Below are positions 36,679 through 46,616 of a DNA stretch of 64,000 bases, piece by piece. The notes beneath the pieces were generated by a model. That model was not told where the DNA came from, made no database searches, and saw only the letters and a program-made list of their open reading frames with translations. A program made the translations under genes and the position numbers. Every line of letters starts with the position of its first letter. The stretch's first letter is position 1. The DNA comes from Candidatus Acidiferrales bacterium (GTDB lineage Bacteria; Acidobacteriota; Terriglobia; Acidiferrales; UBA7541): NCBI GenBank assembly GCA_963709675.1, contig CAVPWW010000005.1, forward strand, positions 166,631-230,630, in the 5' to 3' direction.

Positions 36679-38973
36679 GTGAAAACATCATTCCGGACGT
36701 TTTTGCTTGCTGGATTTGTGCTGGCGGCAGCTTCGCTGGCGCCGCTGAAAACACGCCTAACCGCCGACGATGTTCCGTTGTATGGCTATTCCTCCGAATC
36801 TTCGCGCACCGAACGCCAGTGGGAAGACAAGATGCGCGCGATCCCGGATCCCAAGAATTTGCGCGACTACATGCAGAGGCTATCGGCGCGCCCGCACAAT
36901 GTCGGCTCTCCCTACGATAAGGAAAACGCCGACTGGCTTCTCGGCAAGTTCAAGGAGTTTGGTCTGGATGCTCACATCGAGACATTCAGCGTTTTGTTTC
37001 CCACACCCAAGGAGCGCCTGGTCGAACTCGTCGACGGCGGCCCGCATTTCACCGCAAAGCTGCAAGAGCCTCCTGTGCCGGGAGATCCTACTTCGGATCA
37101 GACGGCGGAGCAATTGCCGACGTACAACGCCTATTCCATTGATGGCGACGTGACTGCGCCGCTGGTTTACGTGAATTATGGCGTGCCGGAGGATTATGAA
37201 CTGTTGGAACGCCGCGGTGTCTCTGTGAAGGGTGCGATTGTGATTGCGCGCTATGGCCGCTCGTGGCGCGGGATCAAGCCCCTTGTCGGCGCGGAGCACG
37301 GCGCCGTCGGTTGCATCATCTATTCCGATCCACGCGATGATGGCTACTCCGGTGGAGACACTTTTCCGAAGGGTCCCTGGCGGCCTGAGGACGGCGTGCA
37401 GCGCGGCAGCGTTCAGGACAGCGCGGTCTTCATGGGCGATCCGCTGACTCCGGGAATCGGAGCGACCGCGGATGCCAAGCGATTGCCGATTAAGGACGCA
37501 CAATCATTAACCAAAATTCCAGTTCTGCCGGTTTCGTATGCCGATGCGGAGCCCCTCCTTGCCGCTATCGGCGGCCCGGTAGCACCACGCGATTGGCGCG
37601 GAGGGCTTCCGATCACGTATCGGCTCGGGCCGGGTCCCGCGAAAGTGCATCTGAAAGTTTTCTCCAATTGGGACATGAAGCCGCTGTACGACGTGATCGC
37701 GAAAATTCCCGGCTCAACGTACCCCGACGAGTGGGTAATTCGCGGAAACCACCACGACGCATGGGTGAACGGCGCGGAGGATCCCATCTCTGGAATGGTG
37801 ACGGTGCTGGAAGAAGCGCGGTCCATGGGAGAACTGCTGAAGCAGGGATGGAAGCCCAAACGCACCCTGATTTACTGCGCTTGGGATGGTGAGGAGCCGG
37901 GACTACTGGGGTCGACCGAGTGGGTTGAAACGCATGTCGACGAACTCCGCAAGCACGCGGTGATGTACATCAATTCGGACAGCAACAGCCGCGGCTATCT
38001 GGAGTTGGAAGGTTCTCACACGCTCGAACATTTCATCAATGATGTGGCACGCGACATTCAGGATCCGGAGACCAAGCTTTCCGTCTGGAAGCGCGCGCAG
38101 ATGCGGGGAATCGCGGACGCAACTTCGGCCGAGGAACGCCGCGAGCTCCTGGAGCGCCATGATATGCGCCTGGACATGCTGGGCGGCGGCTCGGACCATG
38201 CTCCTTTCATCAATTTTGCGGGGATCGCTTCCCTTGGCATCGGATATGGCGGAGAAGATCACGGCGGGATCTACCATTCCATCTACGATGATTTCTACTG
38301 GTACACGCACTTTAGCGACTACGATTTCGTCTACAGCCGCGCGCTTTGCCAAACCGGTGGTACGGCCATGATGCGTATGGCCGACGCTGATCTTCTGCCT
38401 TTTCAATTTGCGGATTTTGCCGACGACGTGAAGATGTATGTCAAAGAGGTGGAGAAATTCGCGGGGCAGCAACGCGACGAAATCCAGGAAAAGAATCAGA
38501 AGATTGCGGAAGGCCTCTACGAAGCGACAGCGGATCCGAGGGAAACCTGGGTGACGCCGAAAACAGAAGAGGTACCCCCGCATTTGAACTTTGCCCCGCT
38601 GGACAATGCCGTGGAAGACCTTACGCACAGCTCGGCCGAGTACCAGAAAGTGTTGGAACACGTTGGCGCGAATGGCGGCGCGGCCCTGGCGAGCGCCTCC
38701 TTGCAGGGGGTGAATGAACTTCTGATCCAGAGCGAGAGGAAGTTGACGACTCCGGAAGGCCTCCCCGGGCGCTTCTGGTATAAGCACGAACTCTATGCCC
38801 CGGGCGCGTACACCGGCTATGCGGCAAAAGCCATTCCGGCCGTGCGCGAAAATCTGGAACAGAAAAAATGGAAGGAAGCGGAACAGGCCGCCGCCCGCGT
38901 GGCACAAGTGCTGGAGAACGAATCGGCTTTGATCAATACTGCGGCGGCAAAATTGTCGGCAGTCGCGAAGTAG
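36679..38973 (+). CDS. M28 metallopeptidase, glutamate carboxypeptidase II (PSMA/NAALADase)-like with PA and TfR-like dimerisation domains
   Basis: RGNHHDAWVNGAEDPISG and WDGEEPGLLGSTEW closely parallel the GCPII zinc-ligand motifs. Signal peptide present. 764 aa. Confidence 0.9.
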   Translation: MKTSFRTFLLAGFVLAAASLAPLKTRLTADDVPLYGYSSESSRTERQWEDKMRAIPDPKNLRDYMQRLSARPHNVGSPYDKENADWLLGKFKEFGLDAHIETFSVLFPTPKERLVELVDGGPHFTAKLQEPPVPGDPTSDQTAEQLPTYNAYSIDGDVTAPLVYVNYGVPEDYELLERRGVSVKGAIVIARYGRSWRGIKPLVGAEHGAVGCIIYSDPRDDGYSGGDTFPKGPWRPEDGVQRGSVQDSAVFMGDPLTPGIGATADAKRLPIKDAQSLTKIPVLPVSYADAEPLLAAIGGPVAPRDWRGGLPITYRLGPGPAKVHLKVFSNWDMKPLYDVIAKIPGSTYPDEWVIRGNHHDAWVNGAEDPISGMVTVLEEARSMGELLKQGWKPKRTLIYCAWDGEEPGLLGSTEWVETHVDELRKHAVMYINSDSNSRGYLELEGSHTLEHFINDVARDIQDPETKLSVWKRAQMRGIADATSAEERRELLERHDMRLDMLGGGSDHAPFINFAGIASLGIGYGGEDHGGIYHSIYDDFYWYTHFSDYDFVYSRALCQTGGTAMMRMADADLLPFQFADFADDVKMYVKEVEKFAGQQRDEIQEKNQKIAEGLYEATADPRETWVTPKTEEVPPHLNFAPLDNAVEDLTHSSAEYQKVLEHVGANGGAALASASLQGVNELLIQSERKLTTPEGLPGRFWYKHELYAPGAYTGYAAKAIPAVRENLEQKKWKEAEQAAARVAQVLENESALINTAAAKLSAVAK

Positions 38974-39085
38974 CTGCAGTCCGTAAACGAGTCACCGGAC
39001 GGCCGTGTCGGTTTGTTCATTCGCGCGCAACCTTCGATGAATTATCATTTCGAGCGCAGGAGAGACGGCAATTCCTTCGTATAAC

Positions 39086-40075
39086 TTGGCACTAGTGGGA
39101 TTCGGCAACGTCGCGCGTGTTTTTCTGCGGATGCTGATCTCGAAAGAGACGGAACTCCGCCGCAAATACGATGTCCGCTGGCGGCTGACGGGTGTGGCCT
39201 CGCGTCGCATTGGCTGGATTTCCGAACCGGATGGCATGAATCCGCTGGCCGCCTTGGCGGGGCACTTCCCGAATGAGGTCCCGATCGCGCGGAATGTGCG
39301 CGAATGGCTGGAACACGGCAAAGTGGATGTGCTTTTCGAGGTGACCTCCCTGAACGCTCCCACAGGGCAGCCGGCCATCGAGCATCTGGTTGCGGCACTG
39401 GAATCGGGCGCGCACGCGATCACGGCAAATAAAGGGCCGATTGTGCACGGCTACCGCGAACTGACCACGCTGGCAAAAGAAAAGAAACGCCAATTTCTCT
39501 TTGAATCCACAGTGATGGATGGAGTTCCGATTTTCTCGCTGTTCTCGCGAGGCCTTCCTGCCATGGAGTTACGCGGCTTTTCCGGCGTGCTGAATTCGAC
39601 CAGCAACGTTGTTCTTACAGAAGTGGAACGTGGCAGGTCGTTTGACGAAGCAGTGAGGCGCGCGCAGGCCATGGGAATTGCGGAGACCGATCCAACGCAG
39701 GATTTGGATGGATGGGACTCCGCCGTGAAAGTGGCCGCGATCACAACCGTGCTGATGGGCGTGCCGACGCACATTGACCACGTGCAGCGCACAGGCATTC
39801 GCGAATTGACGGAAGAGAAGATTCGCTCGGTGAGGGCCGCGGGGATGCGCTACAAGCTGGTCTGCCGCGCGGAACGCCGTGGTGATGGTGTGGATTGCCG
39901 CGTGGCACCGGAATTGCTCCTCCTTTCGGATCCGATGGCGGGCTTGGAGGGGACAAGTTCGGCGATCCGCTTCGAGATGGATGTGTTTGGACTTTCGATT
40001 GTGGAGCACAACCCCGGTCTGGAAGCGACCGCGTATGGCTTGCTAGCCGATTTTCTCCGCGCGGTGCAAGTCTGA
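39086..40075 (+). CDS. Homoserine dehydrogenase-family protein (short form, no ACT domain)
   Basis: N-terminal LVGFGNVAR Rossmann motif, plus AITANKGPIV...FLFESTVMDGVPIF. TTG (39086) or GTG (39095) start. Confidence 0.75.
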   Translation: MALVGFGNVARVFLRMLISKETELRRKYDVRWRLTGVASRRIGWISEPDGMNPLAALAGHFPNEVPIARNVREWLEHGKVDVLFEVTSLNAPTGQPAIEHLVAALESGAHAITANKGPIVHGYRELTTLAKEKKRQFLFESTVMDGVPIFSLFSRGLPAMELRGFSGVLNSTSNVVLTEVERGRSFDEAVRRAQAMGIAETDPTQDLDGWDSAVKVAAITTVLMGVPTHIDHVQRTGIRELTEEKIRSVRAAGMRYKLVCRAERRGDGVDCRVAPELLLLSDPMAGLEGTSSAIRFEMDVFGLSIVEHNPGLEATAYGLLADFLRAVQV

Positions 40076-40089
40076 AAGCTGCTTGGAAA

Positions 40090-40452
40090 TTAACCGGCGC
40101 GCGCACCGTTGGGGACTGGGCGCTCTGGCATCGCCAGCACCGGCCTGATGCCGTCCGCGTAGCCTAAATCAAAAAGCATGCCCTCGGAAAGTTCACCTGC
40201 CATTTTTCGCGGTTCCAGATTGACGACAAACAAAGCCTGTGTTCCCGCGATTTCTTGTGGATTTTCGCGTTCTTTGCGAATGCCCGCCAGGATGGTGCGG
40301 GAATGATCGCCAAAATTCACGATCAGGCGCATGAGTTTTTCCGAGCGAGGCACCTGTTCGACTCGCTCAATGGTGCCCACGCGGATATCCAATGCCTCGA
40401 GGGCGCTGAAATGGACAATGGGTTTGATCGTGGCAGGAGTGAACTCATTCAT
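40090..40452 (-). CDS. csaA: tRNA-binding (EMAP/CsaA-type OB-fold) protein
   Basis: LDIRVGTI..VEQVP.SEKLMRL.VNFGD..RTILAGI.....P.E..G....FVVNL.PRKM.G..SEGML is the CsaA/MetRS C-terminal domain pattern. Confidence 0.85.
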   Translation of the reverse strand: MNEFTPATIKPIVHFSALEALDIRVGTIERVEQVPRSEKLMRLIVNFGDHSRTILAGIRKERENPQEIAGTQALFVVNLEPRKMAGELSEGMLFDLGYADGIRPVLAMPERPVPNGARAG

Positions 40453-40455
40453 CGC

Positions 40456-41109
40456 TCACCTCATGAAGTTCGCGACGTAGGGCGGAGTCGGAATTGCACT
40501 GTCGCAGCGATCATCACGAACGGGTGCATCGGCGATCAGCCGGAGGGGGATGACTCCCGCCCAAACGGGGAACGAATAGTCTTCGGCATCATCTTCCACG
40601 CCCCCGGTGCGGACTTTTGCGGAAGCTTCCGTGAGAGGGAGTTTCAGAATATTCGTCGCTCTTAATTCCTTTTCGGAGGGTTGGCGCGCATCATCCCAGC
40701 GGCCGGGAATCAGCTTTTCCGTGAACGCCTGCAGTGCGCGAAGTTTTTCCGCGGGATCGTCGATCGGCGTGGCATGTCCAAGTGCAACGACAGAGCGGTA
40801 GTTCATGGAGTGATTGAAGACGGAACGGGCAAGCACAAGGCCATCGAGCAGCGTCACCGTGATGCACACCGGCAATCCGGAGCTGAGGCCGCGGAGCATG
40901 CGGCTGGCGGCCGACCCGTGAAAGTACAGATGGTCGCCCACACGCGCGAACATGGTGGGAATCACGAAGGGCTGGCCCTCGGCCGCAAAGCCCACATGGC
41001 AAACGAAGCTCTCGTCCAAAATTTTGTTAATTGCTTCACGATCATACACCGCGCGATTCGCTTCGCGGACTACGCGCGTGCGCTCGGTGACAGGCAACAG
41101 TTCCGGCAT
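40456..41109 (-). CDS. PNPOx-like FMN-binding family protein (paralogue of 17155..17805)
   Basis: Collinear with the other copy over its whole length (FVCHVGFAAEGQPFVIPT...LYFHGSAASRML...LLDGLVLARSVFNHSMNYRSVV). ATG at 41109 with a GAGG RBS. Confidence 0.85.
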   Translation of the reverse strand: MPELLPVTERTRVVREANRAVYDREAINKILDESFVCHVGFAAEGQPFVIPTMFARVGDHLYFHGSAASRMLRGLSSGLPVCITVTLLDGLVLARSVFNHSMNYRSVVALGHATPIDDPAEKLRALQAFTEKLIPGRWDDARQPSEKELRATNILKLPLTEASAKVRTGGVEDDAEDYSFPVWAGVIPLRLIADAPVRDDRCDSAIPTPPYVANFMR

Positions 41110-41193
41110 GGAAACCTCAACGGTAAAACACGGCGCGGAGTTGATAGCCGGCGCCATTTCGGCATGAGTGGGGTTACAGCTTCGACGATGGTA

Positions 41194-42222
41194 TCACGCA
41201 GGCCCGAGGATTCGTTTGTGTTCTGGGTCCGTCGTCATTTCGTTGAACCAGTTTGGATAAGTTGGCGGTATGGCGGTCAATTCATCCAATTTGGCCAGTT
41301 CCGCTTCCCTCCATTGGACCTCGGTCGCTTTCAAATTGTCCTCCAGTTGCGACATTTTGGAGGCGCCCATGATCACGCTCGTGACGTACGGTTTTGCCAG
41401 CAACCAGGCCAATGCGATCTGCGCTACGCTCGCTCCGTGAGCGTCCGCAATCTTGCGTATCTCTTCTACGAGCCGGAAGCCTAACTCCTTGTCAATCGGA
41501 AGAAAGTTAACGCCCGAAAGCCTGTTTTCTTTCGCTTGCAGGGTCTCAGGCGTGTATTTGCCGCTGAGAAAGCCCCCTGCCAAAGGACTCCACACGGTCA
41601 TGCCCGTTCCCGTGGCCCGCAGGAAAGGAACAAATTCCTGTTCGAGATCGCGGCCGAGCAGCGAATAATACATTTGGCCGCTGGTGAACTGCGCCCACCC
41701 GCGTTCGCCCTGGATCGTGAGCGCCATCGCCGCTCGCCACGCGGGCCAATTGGAAAATCCGATGTAGCGGACTTTTCCGGAACGCACGAGGTCGTTCAAC
41801 GCCTCCAGGGTCTCCTCGACCGGAGTATAGGCATCCACCCTGTGCACGATGTACAAATCAATCCAATCGGTATTAAGTTTCTTCAGGCTGGCTTCACAAG
41901 ACTCAAAGATGTGCCGGCGAGATAGCCCTGCCTGGGTCATCGGCTTACCCGAGCGAAAACCAACCTTGGTGGCCACGACGGCCTCCTTCCTCTTTTCGCC
42001 GAGAAATTCGCCCAAATATTTTTCTGCTTCGCCATTCGAGTAGCCATCCGCGGTATCAAAGAAATTCACCCCCGCGTTGAATGCCCGATGAATCATGGCC
42101 CGCGCCGTGTCCAAATCCACCTTGGCGACGGTTGGGAACCGCGAGTCGCTCCCAAACGTCATGTTGCCGAAGGCCAAGCGCGAAACCACCAACCCGGTGT
42201 TCCCCAAACGTGTGAATTGCAT
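41194..42222 (-). CDS. Aldo/keto reductase
   Basis: MQFTRLGNTGLVVSRLAFG..TFG, then FDTADGYSNGEAE, LYIVHR.D and GFSNW are AKR signatures. Confidence 0.9.
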   Translation of the reverse strand: MQFTRLGNTGLVVSRLAFGNMTFGSDSRFPTVAKVDLDTARAMIHRAFNAGVNFFDTADGYSNGEAEKYLGEFLGEKRKEAVVATKVGFRSGKPMTQAGLSRRHIFESCEASLKKLNTDWIDLYIVHRVDAYTPVEETLEALNDLVRSGKVRYIGFSNWPAWRAAMALTIQGERGWAQFTSGQMYYSLLGRDLEQEFVPFLRATGTGMTVWSPLAGGFLSGKYTPETLQAKENRLSGVNFLPIDKELGFRLVEEIRKIADAHGASVAQIALAWLLAKPYVTSVIMGASKMSQLEDNLKATEVQWREAELAKLDELTAIPPTYPNWFNEMTTDPEHKRILGPA

Positions 42223-42343
42223 AGCCTCTCCCGAGACCCCCTTCGTCAGAATGAATCCACTCATTTCGAGGATACATCGCGCGGCCTGTCTATGAGAAAC
42301 TGGACTGGCTTAGGAAATTTGTTTTTGCGAGAACACTGGAGCT

Positions 42344-43621
42344 ATGAGCACACCCGGATTGGATCGAAGCGCTGCGAATGCACTGGATATTGACTGGGTT
42401 CGGTCGCAATTTCCATCGCTGCAAACTCAAGTAAATGGACAACCCGCGGCGTTCCTGGACGGGCCTGCGGGCACCCAGGTGCCCACCCAGGTAATGCACG
42501 TGATTCAGAACTATCTGATGGGTGCGAATGCCAACACCTGCGGCGTGTTCCTGACCAGCAGGCGCACGGACGAAATGTTGAACACCGCGCGCGCGGCGAT
42601 GGCGGATTTTTTCCATTGCGAGCGCGACGAAGTGGTTTTCGGTCAAAATATGACTACGATTACGTTTTCGGTTTCGCGGGCGATTGGCCGCGAATGGAAC
42701 GCCGGCGATGAAATCGTGCTGACCACGCTGGACCACGATGCCAACTTTTCTCCTTGGAAGGCTCTGGAAGAAAAAGGTGTGGTCATCCGGCAGGTGGACA
42801 TTCGCGAAGACGATTGCACGCTGAACCTGGATGATCTGAAGAGCAAGCTGAACGAGAAGACCAAGCTGGTTGCCGTGGGATACGCATCGAATGCCGTGGG
42901 CACCATCAATCCGGTTGCCGAAATCACTCGGCTGGCGCACGCAGCGGGCGCCTTGGTGTACATCGACGCGGTACACTTTGCGCCGCATGGCCTGATTGAC
43001 GTGAAGCATCTCAATTGCGATTTTCTGGTGTGCTCGCCTTACAAATTTTTTGGACCGCACATGGGAACGCTCTACGGAAAACGGCGGCACCTGCAGAGCT
43101 TCCGGCCGTATAAAGTGCGGCCGTGCACCGATCAGATCCCGGAACGTTGGGAAGCCGGGACGCAAGTCCACGAATTGATTGCTGGAATTGGCGCGGCGGT
43201 AGAGTACATCGCGGAACTCGGGAGGCACAGCGACCCGTCCGTTGTCACACGACGAGAGGCGCTGGCTGCAGCATATCGTACGACGGTGGCCTACGAGCGG
43301 CGCCTAGTCTCCCGGTTGATCGAGGGCTTGCAGTCCATCTCGGGTGTGCGCATTTATGGCATCACTGATCCCAGCCGATTTGAGGAGCGCTGTTCGACAT
43401 TGTCCCTGCGGATTGGGAATCACCATCCCACAATCATCGCGGCCTTTCTCGGCGAGCGCGGCATCTTCACCTGGGACGGCAACTACTACGCCCTGAACCT
43501 GACGGAGCGGTTGGGCGTGGAATCGCAAGGCGGCATGCTGCGTATCGGATTGGTACATTACAACACGCTGGACGAAGTGGAGCGCCTGCTGACCGCACTG
43601 CGTGAGTTTGCCATCAGATGA
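42344..43621 (+). CDS. Class-V aminotransferase, cysteine desulfurase-like (VC1184 subfamily-like)
   Basis: PLP-lysine context FLVCSPYKFFGPHMGTLYG. N-terminal FPSL......FLDGPAGTQVP. Confidence 0.85.
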   Translation: MSTPGLDRSAANALDIDWVRSQFPSLQTQVNGQPAAFLDGPAGTQVPTQVMHVIQNYLMGANANTCGVFLTSRRTDEMLNTARAAMADFFHCERDEVVFGQNMTTITFSVSRAIGREWNAGDEIVLTTLDHDANFSPWKALEEKGVVIRQVDIREDDCTLNLDDLKSKLNEKTKLVAVGYASNAVGTINPVAEITRLAHAAGALVYIDAVHFAPHGLIDVKHLNCDFLVCSPYKFFGPHMGTLYGKRRHLQSFRPYKVRPCTDQIPERWEAGTQVHELIAGIGAAVEYIAELGRHSDPSVVTRREALAAAYRTTVAYERRLVSRLIEGLQSISGVRIYGITDPSRFEERCSTLSLRIGNHHPTIIAAFLGERGIFTWDGNYYALNLTERLGVESQGGMLRIGLVHYNTLDEVERLLTALREFAIR

Positions 43622-43701
43622 TTTTCTGCATAACTTAGCGAACGCTCCTTCGCTGTACGCGTGATTCAATTCTTGAAAAGGATCTGATAACAAAGAGAAC
43701 C

Positions 43702-45267
43702 ATGGCAAAGCGACCGAAACCAATTGTACTTACTGTGTTGGATGGATGGGGCTATCGTGCCGAAACCAAAGGGAACGCCATTGCGCTCGCGCGCAAGCCT
43801 ACCTATGACGAGTTGCTGCGGAAATTCCCGAACACGCTGATCCAGACTTCCGGGCCCTACGTCGGCTTGCCCGAAGGACAGATGGGCAACAGCGAAGTGG
43901 GCCACATGAATATCGGTGCGGGGCGCATCGTACACATGGACATTACTCGCATCGATCTGATGATCCTCAACAAGCAACTGGACCAGGTGGCGCTATTCCA
44001 GGAGGCCATGCAACGCGGCCGTCAGCGGCAACTGCATCTTCTGGGCTTGCTGAGCGATGGCGGCGTGCACTCGCACCTCAATCACATGTTTGCCCTGCTC
44101 GAGATGGCCCAGCGCGAAAAAGTGCAGAAAGTGTTTGTGCACTGCTTCATGGACGGCCGAGACACGCCACCCAACAGTGGCCGTGATTTCGTGCGCAAAT
44201 TGCAACAAAAGATGCGCGAACTTGGCGTCGGCGAGATCGCTACGATCGTGGGCCGTTATTACGCCATGGACCGCGATAATCGGTGGGAGCGCGTCCAGTT
44301 GGCCTACAACGCGCTGGTCCACGGTGAAGCGGAAACACGGAGCGATGATGCTGTTGCGGCGCTGCAAGCGAGCTACGAGCAGGGTGTCACCGACGAATTC
44401 GTAAAGCCCGTTGTGATCACCCGTGGAAAGGGACCATCTGCAGAGCCTGTGGGGTTGATTCGCGACGATGACGCGGTGATCTTCTTCAATTTCCGCGCCG
44501 ACCGCGCACGGCAGATGACCTTTGCCCTGGAAGCGCCGAACTTCGATAAATTCGCCGATCCGAAGCGGCCCAAAAACCTCTTTTTTGTGGGAATGACGAA
44601 GTACGACAAGAACTGGCCCTGGTTGAAGTGCGTCATCCAGCCGGAAAAGCTGGAGCATATTCTGGCGCAAGTGTTTCAGGAGCTGCAGTACAAAAATCTT
44701 CGTTGCGCCGAGACGGAGAAATATGCCCATGTTACTTATTTTTTCAATGGCGGTGTCGAAAAGCCGTTCGGCGGAGAAGAGCGCATTCTGGTGCCGTCTC
44801 CCAAAGTGGCCACTTACGATCTGAAGCCGGAAATGTCCGCGGCAGGCATCACCGATACGGTGGTGAACGCGATTGAGAAAGGCGAATTTGATGCCATTAT
44901 CATGAACTATGCGAATGCAGACATGGTGGGACACTCCGGCAAGCTCGAAGCGGCGATTCAAGCGGTGGAAGCGGTGGACGCCGGACTCGCGCGCATCTAC
45001 CAGGCGCTTAAGCCGCGCGGCGGTTCGTGGATCATCACCGCTGATCATGGCAACGCAGAGACCATGATTGATCCGGTAACCGGCGGCGCACATACATATC
45101 ACACCACCAACCCAGTTCCGTTCCTTTGCGTGTCAGATAATGAGCAACTGAATCTGGCGCCAGGCGGCGCGCTGCGCGACATCGCACCTACAATGCTCGG
45201 CATACTGGGCGAGCCTGCGCCCAAGGACATGACGGGGAAAGACTTGCGCATTCTGCGGAAGAGTTAA
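43702..45267 (+). CDS. gpmI: 2,3-bisphosphoglycerate-independent phosphoglycerate mutase
   Basis: [40 protein letters not shown] and other iPGM signatures throughout. Confidence 0.95.
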   Translation: MAKRPKPIVLTVLDGWGYRAETKGNAIALARKPTYDELLRKFPNTLIQTSGPYVGLPEGQMGNSEVGHMNIGAGRIVHMDITRIDLMILNKQLDQVALFQEAMQRGRQRQLHLLGLLSDGGVHSHLNHMFALLEMAQREKVQKVFVHCFMDGRDTPPNSGRDFVRKLQQKMRELGVGEIATIVGRYYAMDRDNRWERVQLAYNALVHGEAETRSDDAVAALQASYEQGVTDEFVKPVVITRGKGPSAEPVGLIRDDDAVIFFNFRADRARQMTFALEAPNFDKFADPKRPKNLFFVGMTKYDKNWPWLKCVIQPEKLEHILAQVFQELQYKNLRCAETEKYAHVTYFFNGGVEKPFGGEERILVPSPKVATYDLKPEMSAAGITDTVVNAIEKGEFDAIIMNYANADMVGHSGKLEAAIQAVEAVDAGLARIYQALKPRGGSWIITADHGNAETMIDPVTGGAHTYHTTNPVPFLCVSDNEQLNLAPGGALRDIAPTMLGILGEPAPKDMTGKDLRILRKS

Positions 45268-45307
45268 CGCTCATTCGCTATCCGCGCAGACAGGACTTCC
45301 GGGCACA

Positions 45308-46423
45308 TCAGTCGCCGACGCCGCCTTTAGGAGCCGTGTAGCCTTCCTTGGCGTAGACTACCCATTTTTGTTTTTTGCCCTTCTGGTCGGTGACGGTCAG
45401 CGGGCTGCCGTCGGGGGCAACCAATTCCACTTTGATTTTGCGGTATTTGCCGTCGGCAGCGTGATTGGTCGGTGTGTAGGTAATGCTGTACTGGTGGCGA
45501 AGGAATTCCGTGACTTCACGCATTACCCCTGGAAGCTCGCCATCAAATTGCGGGAACCACGCAAAGCCGCCGGACATCGAGGCGAAGGTCTTCAATTGAT
45601 TTTCTGCTTGAAGGTAATTTATCTCGCGCATGCCGCCCAAATGGCCCTGCAATTCCAGCCAGTTCATCAGAGGCTTGTCGACGCCCACCGCGAAAATGGT
45701 GACGTCCGTCCCGCGAAGCGCCTTTAACGTTTGATCGAGGGTGTGCTTCGAGAAAGTATCCACCCCGCTGGCCAGCACCAGAACTGACTTTTTGCCCTTT
45801 ACATCCTTCAGCCGGTCCACGGTATCGAGCAAGGCGTCAAAAATATTGGACTCGCTGAACCCTGGGAAATACAAGCTATACAGAGCTCGGCGCACCTCGT
45901 CCTTATTCTGGGTGAAATCCACTTCCGTGCGCGGTTTCATATCAAAAGTGACTAGGGCAATCCAGTCTTTTTGTTTGAGATTGGGAAAAAGCGCGTCGGC
46001 CCAGTATTTGGCCTGGTAAGAGAACCAGCCGGAGTAGCGCGCGCTGAACTCCATCAAGATCACCATGGTGATAGGCGCATCCGAAGGACCGGCGTTGGTG
46101 ATGGTCTGAGGTTGGCCGTCTTCGAGGACGCGAAAATTTTCTTTCTTGAGGCCGGTAAGAAGATCGCCGTGTTGTGTGGTGGCAATCACGTCCAGAGTGA
46201 CAACCGGCACCTCAACTGCGATGGTGGCACCCGCCTCCGGGAGTTTCTGTTGAGGAGGAGCCTGGGGAGAGGGTGTCGTGGGTGCGGGGTTGGACTGTGC
46301 CGGCGGAGCGCCTTGAGGGCCTTCGGGGGCCTGCCCCGGGGTAGAAGCTGAGAGAAATAAGCATAAGGCGACAATCGCACCAAACTTAAACGAGACAGAG
46401 ACTACACGAGATTCCATTTCCAT
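45308..46423 (-). CDS. Secreted VWA-domain protein (TIGR03436 'acidobacterial VWFA-related' type)
   Basis: Signal peptide, a P/Q/A-rich linker, then the 'V.LDV.........L.KENF.V.EDG..Q.I' opening and a VWA-like fold, typical of this family as I recall it. Confidence 0.75.
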   Translation of the reverse strand: MEMESRVVSVSFKFGAIVALCLFLSASTPGQAPEGPQGAPPAQSNPAPTTPSPQAPPQQKLPEAGATIAVEVPVVTLDVIATTQHGDLLTGLKKENFRVLEDGQPQTITNAGPSDAPITMVILMEFSARYSGWFSYQAKYWADALFPNLKQKDWIALVTFDMKPRTEVDFTQNKDEVRRALYSLYFPGFSESNIFDALLDTVDRLKDVKGKKSVLVLASGVDTFSKHTLDQTLKALRGTDVTIFAVGVDKPLMNWLELQGHLGGMREINYLQAENQLKTFASMSGGFAWFPQFDGELPGVMREVTEFLRHQYSITYTPTNHAADGKYRKIKVELVAPDGSPLTVTDQKGKKQKWVVYAKEGYTAPKGGVGD

Positions 46424-46616
46424 CCCCCAATGCTTCTTTCGATAAGATGCGTTCTAACTTAGATGCGGGTACTGTACCCCGCGTCGTCCGCCCCAGCACT
46501 CCGCGCGGGTGCACATTGGGCACGCGCGCGACAGGCCCCCCACGGGAAGGTGCAAAACCGCATGTTAGTATGGAATTTAGCTGGTGCAAAACAGATTCAG
46601 ACTGGAGGGTGACTTC